A DNA stretch of 63,449 nucleotides, the filler included. It is 7 parts of 7 records of this genome, joined end to end, with 100 filler letters (N's around TTAATTAATTAA, not from the genome) between each part and the next. Parts side by side here need not be neighbours in the genome. Positions count along the whole stretch, not along the records: positions 22,077 to 42,676 come from DRR723986_20467; positions 42,777 to 48,850 come from DRR723986_20468; positions 48,951 to 58,134 come from DRR723986_20483; 4 more parts are not named here. One strand, written 5' to 3'. The position numbers and the translations under genes were made by a program. This document shows, in pieces, positions 39,210 through 49,331 of the stretch (positions are counted from its first letter, which is position 1; every line of letters starts with the position of its first letter). The notes below the pieces were generated by a model that was not told the DNA's origin, did not search any database, and worked only from the letters and a program-made list of their open reading frames with translations.

Positions 39210-42200
39210 ATGAATATGCGTTTTCGCTTCTCAAACCTACTCCGAGTTATTGCCCTAGCGTGCTACTTGATCGCCCCCGCCTGCTTGGCATTCGGCGACG
39301 ATGAAACCGAAAGCGGCGATGGGGCTACGGCTGCGGACAAACCAGTGGGTGCCTCTGATGAAGGCGAGCTCGCCATTGGCACTTTCCGTAAACCAGAAGG
39401 CTGGACGATTTCACTGTTTGCCGCCGAGCCTGAGCTTGCAAATCCCGTCGCCTTGTGTGTCGACAATCAGGGCCGAGTGTACGTTTGCGAATCGTTTCGT
39501 CAGGACCGAGGTGTAACGGATAATCGCAAGCACGACCAAGAATGGTTGCTCGCTGATTTGAGTGCGAACAGCGTGCAAGATCGAATCGATTATCACAAGC
39601 GCTTGCTCGGCTCTGAGGCGGCTGAGTATACGGCCCACGACGATCGCATTCGCATGCTGGAAGACACCGATGGCGACGGAGTTGCAGACAGAGCAACGAT
39701 GTTCGCCGAAGGCTTCAACAAATTGGAAGAAGGCACTGGCGCGGGTGTGCTTCGCCGCGGCAGCGACGTCTACTACACCTGCATTCCCAACCTTTGGATG
39801 CTCAAAGATGCAGACAACGACGGAATTGCAGAGAGTCGGAAAGCCCTTCACACTGGCTACGGTGTTCGCGTTGCCTTTCGCGGTCACGATTCACACGGCC
39901 TAATCATCGGCCCCGACGGACGCCTTTACTTCAGCATTGGTGATCGTGGTTACAACATCGAAACCGAAGATGGCAAATATCAAAACGCTGAAAGCGGAGC
40001 TGTTTTTCGCTGCGAGCTTGATGGCTCCAATCTTGAAGTCTTTGCCACGGGCCTTCGCAACCCACAAGAACTAGCCTTCGACGATTATGGTTACCTGTTC
40101 ACCGGCGACAACAATTCTGATTCGGGCGACAAGGCGCGGTGGGTCAATGTCATGGAAGGTGGCGATTCTGGCTGGCGGATGATGTACCAATATCTCCCGG
40201 ATCGTGGACCGTTCAACCGCGAGAAGATCTGGTATCCCTACAGCGAAACAACACCTGCTTACATCGTCCCGCCCATTGAGAATATCAGCGACGGTCCCTC
40301 TGGCCTGGCATGCTACCCAGGCACCGGGCTGACTGGCGACTACGACAACTGTTTCTTCCTGGTCGACTTCCGCGGTGGTCCAAGCAACAGCGGTATTCGC
40401 CTTATCCGGACGCAGCCAAAGGGCGCATTTTGGGAAGTCGAACGAAGCGAACAACCAATCTGGAGTATCCTGGCGACCGACATCGAGTTTGGTCCTGACG
40501 GAGCCCTATGGGTTTGCGATTGGGTGAACGGCTGGGTTGGCGAGGGCAAGGGGCGTGTCTACCGTTTCACCGACGACGAAGCTCAGAAGCAACCAATCGT
40601 TGCCGAAGTGAAGGAATTGCTTGCCGCAGGATTTGAATCCAAGAGCCTTGAAGAACTGCAGCCACTTCTCAGCCACGTCGACCGACGGATTCGCTTGGAA
40701 GCGCAGTGGGAAATTGCCATTCGCGGAGAAATTGCACCATTCCTCCATGTCCTTAAGAGTGAAACCGGTACGATCGCTCGCCTCCACGCGTTGTGGGGCC
40801 TGGGACATGCCGGTCGTATCCACGACAACCTAAGGGAGCAGGTAGCTGCCGCGCTTCCTGGAGCACTCAAGGACGACGACCTGGATGTGCGCGCAACTGC
40901 TGCAAGTGTTGTCGGCGACCTTCGAATGCAACAATTTGCAAAAGAAATCACCGCGCTCATTTCGGATTCTGAGCCCCGCGTGCAGTATGCCGCTTGCCTG
41001 GCCGCGAAGAAACTCGAAATCACCAGTAGCATCGAAGCAGTGATGAACCTGTTGGAATCGAACAACAACATTGACCCAGGGCTGAGGCACGCCGGAATCA
41101 TGGCCCTTACTTGCCAATCACCAGCGACCTTGGCCAAACTGTCGACCTCAAGCTCAGCCGCAGTTCGCTTGGCAGCCGTCGTTGCACTTCGAAAACTGGA
41201 AAGTGCTCAGGTCGCTGCATTCTTGGCTGACGACAATCCAGCAGTGCAACTCGAAGCAGCTCGTGCAGTTCACGACGTCGTCGCATTGCACGACAGCCTA
41301 GACCAACTTGCATCGGTCGAATTGTCAGCCGACACGGCTCCGGCACTGGTGCATCGAGTACTGAACGCAAACTTCCGATTAGGCGGACCCGAAGCAGCTA
41401 AACGAATCGGCGAGTACGCCACGACTGAAAACGCCGACCAAGCAATGCGGCTTGAGGCACTTCAGATGCTGGCTTCGTGGAGCGAGCCTGGAGAGCTGGA
41501 CCGTGTGATGAACCGCTACTTGCCACTCGCAGGGAGAACACCCAATGACGCGCGAGGTGCCTTCGAACTGCACTTTACAAAGCTGTTGGGATCCAGCGAT
41601 GACATGGTACTTGCTGCATCTCTCGACGTTGCTCAGTCCTTACAAATGAAGTCGCTCGGGCCCAAGATGAGGGAGCTGGCTGCCGATTTCACGGTCGATT
41701 CGGCCACACGTGCAGCGGCGGTGAAGGCTGCGGTCTCCCTCACGGACGACATCGACGAGTTTCTACTTTCCATGATGTCTGATCCGGAGCTGCCCGTGCG
41801 ACTTGCCGCCATCGGACTGCTGACCAAAATCGACGAAAACGACGCACTTCCGCAGCTCAAGGAATCGATAGCAAGCGAATACACCAGTGAACGACAATTG
41901 GCTTGGGATACGCTCGCAGAATTGGATTCAGAGTCCGCGAATGCAATCATCGCAGAGGGGACACAGCTATACATCGACGGCAAATTACCGGCCGACGTCT
42001 GGCTGAACGTAACGCAAGCCGCCGACGGAAATCTTCCCGAAGAACTCGCCGACGCCTTAGAGAAGTTTCAGGCAACGGCAGCCGAAAAAGATTCACTGGA
42101 CGCGTACCGTGATTGTTTGGTTGGTGGCGACATCACCGCGGGCGAACGCCTATTCCGCACGAAGACCGAATTGTCCTGCGTTCGCTGCCACAAAGTCGAC

Positions 42201-42569
42201 GCCGAGGGTGGAGAGGTTGGCCCCGACTTGACCAGCATTGCCAATGACAAAGATCGGCGATACCTGCTGGAGTCAATCGTCGCGCCAAATACGAAGATCG
42301 CCAAGGGTTTCGAAACTCTGGTGCTTCTAACTGAAAATGGCGATGTGGTATCCGGCATACTAAGGAGTGAAACGGACGACGAGATCACGTTGCTGGACGC
42401 CGATGGCAAGACGGTCACCGTTGAAGCTGATCTTGTGATTGGACGCAAAAACGGAAAGTCATCGATGCCGGAAGACCTAGTCAAGCAGATGACACGTCGT
42501 GAGCTACGCGACTTGATCGCCTACTTGGCTACGCTGAAGAAAGCGACACCTTCCGACGCGTCGAATTGA
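39210..42569 (+). CDS. PVC-type membrane-bound dehydrogenase-like protein (beta-propeller + HEAT repeats + heme c)
   Basis: LFAAEPELANPVAL, GLRNPQELAFD, HEAT-like helical region, C-terminal CVRCH and GPDL. Confidence 0.88.
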   Translation: MNMRFRFSNLLRVIALACYLIAPACLAFGDDETESGDGATAADKPVGASDEGELAIGTFRKPEGWTISLFAAEPELANPVALCVDNQGRVYVCESFRQDRGVTDNRKHDQEWLLADLSANSVQDRIDYHKRLLGSEAAEYTAHDDRIRMLEDTDGDGVADRATMFAEGFNKLEEGTGAGVLRRGSDVYYTCIPNLWMLKDADNDGIAESRKALHTGYGVRVAFRGHDSHGLIIGPDGRLYFSIGDRGYNIETEDGKYQNAESGAVFRCELDGSNLEVFATGLRNPQELAFDDYGYLFTGDNNSDSGDKARWVNVMEGGDSGWRMMYQYLPDRGPFNREKIWYPYSETTPAYIVPPIENISDGPSGLACYPGTGLTGDYDNCFFLVDFRGGPSNSGIRLIRTQPKGAFWEVERSEQPIWSILATDIEFGPDGALWVCDWVNGWVGEGKGRVYRFTDDEAQKQPIVAEVKELLAAGFESKSLEELQPLLSHVDRRIRLEAQWEIAIRGEIAPFLHVLKSETGTIARLHALWGLGHAGRIHDNLREQVAAALPGALKDDDLDVRATAASVVGDLRMQQFAKEITALISDSEPRVQYAACLAAKKLEITSSIEAVMNLLESNNNIDPGLRHAGIMALTCQSPATLAKLSTSSSAAVRLAAVVALRKLESAQVAAFLADDNPAVQLEAARAVHDVVALHDSLDQLASVELSADTAPALVHRVLNANFRLGGPEAAKRIGEYATTENADQAMRLEALQMLASWSEPGELDRVMNRYLPLAGRTPNDARGAFELHFTKLLGSSDDMVLAASLDVAQSLQMKSLGPKMRELAADFTVDSATRAAAVKAAVSLTDDIDEFLLSMMSDPELPVRLAAIGLLTKIDENDALPQLKESIASEYTSERQLAWDTLAELDSESANAIIAEGTQLYIDGKLPADVWLNVTQAADGNLPEELADALEKFQATAAEKDSLDAYRDCLVGGDITAGERLFRTKTELSCVRCHKVDAEGGEVGPDLTSIANDKDRRYLLESIVAPNTKIAKGFETLVLLTENGDVVSGILRSETDDEITLLDADGKTVTVEADLVIGRKNGKSSMPEDLVKQMTRRELRDLIAYLATLKKATPSDASN

Positions 42570-42589
42570 TCTGCCTGACAGAGCAATCA

Positions 42590-42676
42590 AAGTAGCAGTC
42601 ACGCCGCGTGCCGCTCAAGAAGTAGCAGGCACTCCGCGTGCCGACGAAACAAAGTAGTAGGCACACTCCGTGTGCC
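42590..42676. repeat. Three tandem copies of an AAGTAG-headed palindromic repeat
   Basis: AAGTAGCAGTCACGCCGCGTGCCG, AAGTAGCAGGCACTCCGCGTGCCG, AAGTAGTAGGCACACTCCGTGTGCC at about 30-32 nt spacing; contig ends in the third copy. Confidence 0.8.
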
Positions 42677-42776
42677 NNNNNNNNNNNNNNNNNNNNNNNN
42701 NNNNNNNNNNNNNNNNNNNNTTAATTAATTAANNNNNNNNNNNNNNNNNNNNNNNNNNNNNNNNNNNNNNNNNNNN
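42677..42776. other. Artificial contig spacer
   Basis: N-run + TTAATTAATTAA + N-run. Confidence 0.99.
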
Positions 42777-44372
<1,596 letters not shown>

Positions 44373-44525
44373 CCCAGGATCCCAATTTTATCGCCGCAGC
44401 CACCCTGGCCGCAACCTTATCGCCAGAACGCGAGTTCGCGGCGGCCCCAAAAAGGAACCGCCGCGCAGGTCTCTGAAAGGATGGCGCCTCGCGCGAACGC
44501 CACCCGAATGTGAAGCGGCCGGAGC

Positions 44526-44909
44526 TTACTTGAGCTCGACTTTGGCGCCAGCTGCTTCGAACTTCTTCTTGATCTCTTCGGCTTCTGCCTTCGGAGCACC
44601 TTCCTTGATCGGCTTCGGTGCGCCTTCCACGAGCTCCTTGGCCTCTTTCAGGCCGAGAGCCGGAACGACTTCGCGGACGAGTTTGATGACTTCGATTTTC
44701 TTGCCACCGGCTTCTGCCAGGATGACGTCGAATTCGTCTTTCTCTTCAGCAGCGGCTGCACCGCCAGCATCGCCACCGGCGACGGCTGCGACTGCGACCG
44801 GAGCAGCAGCGGAAACGCCCCACTTCTCTTCGAGAAGCTTTGCGAGTTCAGCGGCTTCGAGCACGGTGAGGGCCGAGAGGTCTTCGGCAATTTTTTCAAG
44901 GTCTGCCAT
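44526..44909 (-). CDS. rplL: 50S ribosomal protein L7/L12
   Basis: [39 protein letters not shown]. Confidence 0.98.
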   Translation of the reverse strand: MADLEKIAEDLSALTVLEAAELAKLLEEKWGVSAAAPVAVAAVAGGDAGGAAAAEEKDEFDVILAEAGGKKIEVIKLVREVVPALGLKEAKELVEGAPKPIKEGAPKAEAEEIKKKFEAAGAKVELK

Positions 44910-44966
44910 TTTGGTAATTCCTGTTTGGTTCGGTTGATTGGGTCTTCAGTTTCCGGAAACGATGGC

Positions 44967-45482
44967 TCAGGCTGCGTCTTTGTTGGCGTAGGCCGATACC
45001 ACACGAGCGAGTTGGCCAGCCGGGGCCTGCAGGACGCCTGCAACTTTCGTTGCCGGAGCCTGGATGAGGCCGATGAGCTTGCCACGAAGCTGGTCGAGCG
45101 AGGGCAGTTTCGCCAGAGCTTCGACACCTTTGGCGTCGAGGACCTGGTCGCCCATCACTGCGCCGATGATCACGAGCTTCGAATTTTCCTTCGAAAACTC
45201 GTCGGTCGCTTTCGCAGCCGACACCGGGTCAGATGAAAAGGCGATAGCAACCGGGCCCTGGAACATGTCCTTGGCTTCGTCGCCGCCCTTACCGTCAAGC
45301 GCGATCTGCGCCAGGGTATTCTTGACCACCTTCAGCTGCGCACCGTCCTTGCGGAGCATACCACGCAGCTTCGTCATTTCCGCAACAGACAGACCGGTAT
45401 AGTGGGTCACAACGACCGCACCGGACTCTTCGAAAACCCCTTTCAGGGATTCCAGAGCCGCAGTTTTTCCAGCTTTATCCAT
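44967..45482 (-). CDS. rplJ: 50S ribosomal protein L10
   Basis: HYTGLSVAEM, KVVKNTLA, LAKLPSLDQLRGKL; start MDKAGK after GGAG. Confidence 0.97.
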   Translation of the reverse strand: MDKAGKTAALESLKGVFEESGAVVVTHYTGLSVAEMTKLRGMLRKDGAQLKVVKNTLAQIALDGKGGDEAKDMFQGPVAIAFSSDPVSAAKATDEFSKENSKLVIIGAVMGDQVLDAKGVEALAKLPSLDQLRGKLIGLIQAPATKVAGVLQAPAGQLARVVSAYANKDAA

Positions 45483-45632
45483 AGCGGGTCTCCATTGAGG
45501 CGCCCGGACCATCCGGCCGCCCTGGTAATCGCCTTCTGGCCGGTTGGCCTTCCAGCGCCTGCCCAGGGATTGGCCGCTTGCCCCGGTAAGCCAAAAACAG
45601 GTAAGCCCTGTTTTTCCGAACCGAATCAACGC

Positions 45633-45706
45633 CTCACCCCGTCTGCATAGGTGGCCCAAAAGCCGTTATCGCGTATAAATACGTGACCCATGGTCTAGGA
45701 CAGGAA
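45633..45706 (-). promoter_or_regulatory. Probable L10 ribosomal leader RNA
   Basis: Minus strand CTGTCCTAGACCATGGGT...ACCTATGCAGACGG stem in the 5' UTR of rplJ-rplL; position and shape fit the L10 autoregulatory leader. Confidence 0.6.
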
Positions 45707-45858
45707 AACGGGAGGCCGCCGAATGCACATCGGAGAACTCCCGTCAAGAGCGGGGTGTTAACGCTTTATCCCCAAGCCTGCAACCCCCCTTTGTGAGAAA
45801 AAGTCAAGTCCGGGGATTACCGGGCAGTCAGTACCAGGCCAGCACCCACCCTAGGGGA

Positions 45859-47859
45859 TCAGAAGCACTCAAACCCCTCCTGCCCTGCGGGGCGGCAACG
45901 GTCCGGCCATCCGAATTCACGCCAGTACGGCGGCAGGCCGATCTCCGTCATCAGGGCGGCAAAGTCCGGAAGACTGCGCATGTCGGCATAGACCGGCCCC
46001 CAGATCCGCATCAGCCGCAGGCGCGTGCCGTCCAGCTCGTGCTGCCAGATACGAAGCGCCAGCTCGGGATCGTCCAGCTGCGCGGCGATGGCGGCCAGGA
46101 TTTCGAACCGGCCAGGATGTGCCCCTGCCCCGTTTTCGAACTGAGCCTTCACGACCCGAAGCGCCGCGGCCTGGTCCGGCAGAGCTGCAATAACCGGCGC
46201 CAGCGGGGTCCGCAGCGACGGATCGGTTCGGATCAACCGCTCACAAAGCGCTGTCAGGCTTTCCGTTGTCTGCGGGGCCTGCATTTCGATCGTCCAGGCA
46301 TAGGCATCCCACCCACCCGGTGGCAGCTGCAATGTCCAATAGTGCTCCAGCGATGCCTCGGCCGCTTCATGCCGGCCAAGCAGTGCATAGGCCATGGCGA
46401 GCGTCGCGGCGCGGTCCGGGTTCAAGGGGTCAGCGGATTGCCCCCTCTGGGCGATGCTGAGCGCCTCCTCGATCCGGCCGGCACGCATCAGGAAGATGGT
46501 CTGATCGTGCAGCACCCGCAAATTGGGGGAACGGTCCAACGCGGCCCGGTTGTCCCGCCCGGCTTCCAACCAGTTGCCGTCCAGCGCCTGGAAACTTGCC
46601 AGGGCGGTGTAAGCCTGCGCGAGATCCGGATTGAGCCGCACGGCTTCTTCCGCCAGGGTCTGGCCTTGCGCCAGGAACGCCGCCGCCTCTTCCGGTGTCG
46701 AGGCATTCCAGGCCTGCGCACCGATGTTCATGGCCAGCGAGACCCGGGCGGCGCCATAGTCCGGGTCAAGCTCAACCGCCTTGTTGAGAAGCGCCAGCAT
46801 TTCACTGCGGTCGCCCATGCCGAAGACATCTGCCTCCCGCGCGCTGAGAAAATAGTTGTAGGCTTCCAGACTGTCGGTGTCGGAGCCGAGGATCCGGTTC
46901 GGCTCCTGCACGTTCAACGAAATGCTGAGCGCGCCCGTAACATCCGTCGCGATATCTTTCTGCAGGTCGAACAGGCTCTGGGCGCTGAGCAGCCGGTCAT
47001 AACCATGCGACCAAACCTGGTATCCGCTTTCGGTATCGATCAGCTCGGCGGACACCTTGATCCGGTCGCTGTCCGACCGGATGCTGCCCGTCAGGACGTG
47101 CGACACCCGCAGCTTCTTCCCGATCGCCTGAGCATCAAGTCCTTCTCCCGCGCCAATGGAGGACGGCGCCCTGCCGGCCACCTTCAACTCGTCCAGCTGG
47201 GTCAGGAGCGTGCGGATCTCCTCGGATAGCCCGCGCGAGAAATAATCCTGTTCGGTGTTTCCACTCAGATTCTCGAACGGCAGAACGGCGATGGATTTTT
47301 CGGGAACGGCCACCGCCGAACTCGACGAGCGGCCGATCATCACTCCGGTCCACAGCATGATGAAAGCGAGGACGACAAGCGCGGAGACGTAACGGACCGG
47401 GCTGATCTCGGCGGCGCGGCGCCACGGTTCGCGCACGAAAGGGGGGGCCGGCTCCTCTGCCGCAGCAGTCATGGCGGGCGCCTGCGACGCGGCAGCCTCT
47501 TCGGTCACTTCAGCGATTTCGGCAGCCAGCCTGTAACCGCGCTTGGGAATGGTCTCGATAACCGAATGCAGGTCCTTATCGGTGTTGAGCACACTCCGCA
47601 GGAGGGAGATTGCCCGTGTCAGGCTTTCATCGGCGCCATGCTCTACACCCCAGACCTGATCAATCAGTTCCTGGCGGGAGATGACTTCGCCGGGCCTGTC
47701 GGCAAGCGCACACAGCACTTCCATGACCTTCGGCTCCAGCCGGTGCCGGTCGGCACCATCCGAGATGCAGTTCTGATCAGGCTCGACCAACAGAGCGCCG
47801 ATCCGGAATTCGGATCGCTCCCGCTCTGCCTCCGTGCCTGATCCGAACGTGTCTGCCAT
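45859..47859 (-). CDS. CadC/ToxR-like winged-helix + TM + TolB-like + TPR regulator
   Basis: LEPKVMEVL...VISRQELIDQVW...LTRAISLLR...IETIPKRGYRL; one TM helix; SIAVLPFENLS...DYFSRGLSEEI; TPR-like repeats. Confidence 0.88.
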   Translation of the reverse strand: MADTFGSGTEAERERSEFRIGALLVEPDQNCISDGADRHRLEPKVMEVLCALADRPGEVISRQELIDQVWGVEHGADESLTRAISLLRSVLNTDKDLHSVIETIPKRGYRLAAEIAEVTEEAAASQAPAMTAAAEEPAPPFVREPWRRAAEISPVRYVSALVVLAFIMLWTGVMIGRSSSSAVAVPEKSIAVLPFENLSGNTEQDYFSRGLSEEIRTLLTQLDELKVAGRAPSSIGAGEGLDAQAIGKKLRVSHVLTGSIRSDSDRIKVSAELIDTESGYQVWSHGYDRLLSAQSLFDLQKDIATDVTGALSISLNVQEPNRILGSDTDSLEAYNYFLSAREADVFGMGDRSEMLALLNKAVELDPDYGAARVSLAMNIGAQAWNASTPEEAAAFLAQGQTLAEEAVRLNPDLAQAYTALASFQALDGNWLEAGRDNRAALDRSPNLRVLHDQTIFLMRAGRIEEALSIAQRGQSADPLNPDRAATLAMAYALLGRHEAAEASLEHYWTLQLPPGGWDAYAWTIEMQAPQTTESLTALCERLIRTDPSLRTPLAPVIAALPDQAAALRVVKAQFENGAGAHPGRFEILAAIAAQLDDPELALRIWQHELDGTRLRLMRIWGPVYADMRSLPDFAALMTEIGLPPYWREFGWPDRCRPAGQEGFECF

Positions 47860-47929
47860 CTTGGTTGTCGCTGTCTGACAAAGCTTCTACGCCGAGAGTA
47901 TCCCAACTGGACCGGAAAGTCCGAAGCGA

Positions 47930-48000
47930 TCAGGCCAAACTTACTCCTTTAAAAACAGGGCCTAATGTAAACATCAGGTTTTCCTAAGCCTCTCCACAGG
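47930..48000 (+). promoter_or_regulatory. 11-bp-phased direct repeats (candidate winged-helix operator)
   Basis: TAATG 47963, TCAGG 47974, TAAGC 47985, ACAGG 47996, and an in-phase TCAGG at 47930. Confidence 0.45.
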
Positions 48001-48085
48001 ACCAAAGCACCCGGTGTGAACGATTGTCAGGCGCAAAGACGGGATCGATTCAGCTCCCGCCTACTTCCAGATGAGAGGTCCTGAC

Positions 48086-48451
48086 ATGAATTTCCACAAA
48101 ATCCGCTTCGCTCTTGTTGCAATTCCGTTCGCTGTCGCCGGGTTCGGCATGACCGCCACCGCACAAACAGGTGATGAGGCCGCCATCAGCTTCAACCGCG
48201 GCGCAACCGCGGCTGAAACCTATGCGTCCATCGAGAAATCGGCACGCGATTACTGCCGCGGCATCTATGACAACTCCAGCGCCATCGCCGGGGTCTGGCC
48301 AACAGCCGTTTCCAACTGCGCCGCCGAGGTCGTCGATCGGACCGTCAACCAGGTGCAGAGCGCTGACCTGATGGAATACCACGTGGCGGTGACCCGCTCG
48401 GTCCAGCCATCTGATAACTCCATCATCATCGTGACAGCCGACAACAACTAA
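48086..48451 (+). CDS. UrcA-like small exported protein
   Basis: Signal peptide; YASIEKSARDYC...C.AEVVDRTVNQV...L..YH two-Cys pattern; GAGAGG RBS. Confidence 0.65.
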   Translation: MNFHKIRFALVAIPFAVAGFGMTATAQTGDEAAISFNRGATAAETYASIEKSARDYCRGIYDNSSAIAGVWPTAVSNCAAEVVDRTVNQVQSADLMEYHVAVTRSVQPSDNSIIIVTADNN

Positions 48452-48484
48452 AGGGGCTCCCCCACCCCACCCAGCCCCTGAACG

Positions 48485-48523
48485 GAAAAGCCCGGCACCT
48501 TTCGGCGCCGGGCTTTTCTTTTT
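48485..48523. terminator. Bidirectional intrinsic terminator
   Basis: GAAAAGCCCGGC...GCCGGGCTTTTC followed by a T-run, between the convergent UrcA-like gene and rplA. Confidence 0.85.
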
Positions 48524-48544
48524 CGGTTTGTGACCGGCTCAGGC

Positions 48545-48850
48545 TTACTGAGAGATCTCTGCCGTGTCGATCGTGACGCCAGCGCCCATCGTGGACGAGA
48601 GCGAGATCTTCTTCACGAAGGTACCTTTCGCGCCGGACGGACGGGCCTTCACGAGGGCGTCGAGGAACGCGTTGACGTTCTTCTCGATGTCGCCTTCAGC
48701 GAAAGATGCCTTGCCGACGCCAGCGTGAATGATACCGGCCTTCTCGACGCGGAACTCGACCGAGCCGGACTTCGCGTCCTTGACGGCCTGGGCCACGTTC
48801 GGGGTCACGGTGCCGACTTTCGGGTTCGGCATCAGGCCGCGCGGGCCGAG
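48545..48850 (-). CDS. rplA: 50S ribosomal protein L1 (5' partial)
   Basis: [36 protein letters not shown]. Confidence 0.97.
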   Translation of the reverse strand, partial: LGPRGLMPNPKVGTVTPNVAQAVKDAKSGSVEFRVEKAGIIHAGVGKASFAEGDIEKNVNAFLDALVKARPSGAKGTFVKKISLSSTMGAGVTIDTAEISQ

Positions 48851-48950
48851 NNNNNNNNNNNNNNNNNNNNNNNNNNNNNNNNNNNNNNNNNNNNTTAATT
48901 AATTAANNNNNNNNNNNNNNNNNNNNNNNNNNNNNNNNNNNNNNNNNNNN
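48851..48950. other. Artificial contig spacer
   Basis: N-run + TTAATTAATTAA + N-run. Confidence 0.99.
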
Positions 48951-49331
48951 GATCCAGCCCTAAGGGCTCGACCCTGTTCGTTTTTTTTCATTCTCAAGAT
49001 TTTGGTGCGATTATCCACAAATTTCTCCCGCTTACTGAAGATTGCAGGCCATTGAATTCTTTTGACTTGGATCCTTGAAATACCCGATATCTCTCAAGTA
49101 TTTGTCTTGAGCCCGCATCAAAATCCGCATAATAAAACGCCAGGAAATACTAATATTTTGGGCCTTGCGCGACAGTCCAAAGAAAAGGTTTAAACAGAAT
49201 ATGCTGGCGTCCAATCTTAACTTTCGGTTCTTGTATTTTTCCAGATACCAGGCTTCAGCAAGTGCCGTGCACAGTCATGCATTCAGGTCTTGTCCAGTTC
49301 GGATTAGCGGTGAGTGTTATGCTGTAGCAGC

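Noticed and set aside
42590-42676. Possible CRISPR array
   Set aside because: Linkers are only 6-8 nt, the repeats are degenerate, and no cas gene is present; a REP-like cluster fits better.
45793-47229. 478-aa plus-strand ORF
   Set aside because: Antisense shadow of the wHTH-TPR gene; Arg/Gln/Pro-rich composition typical of shadow frames.
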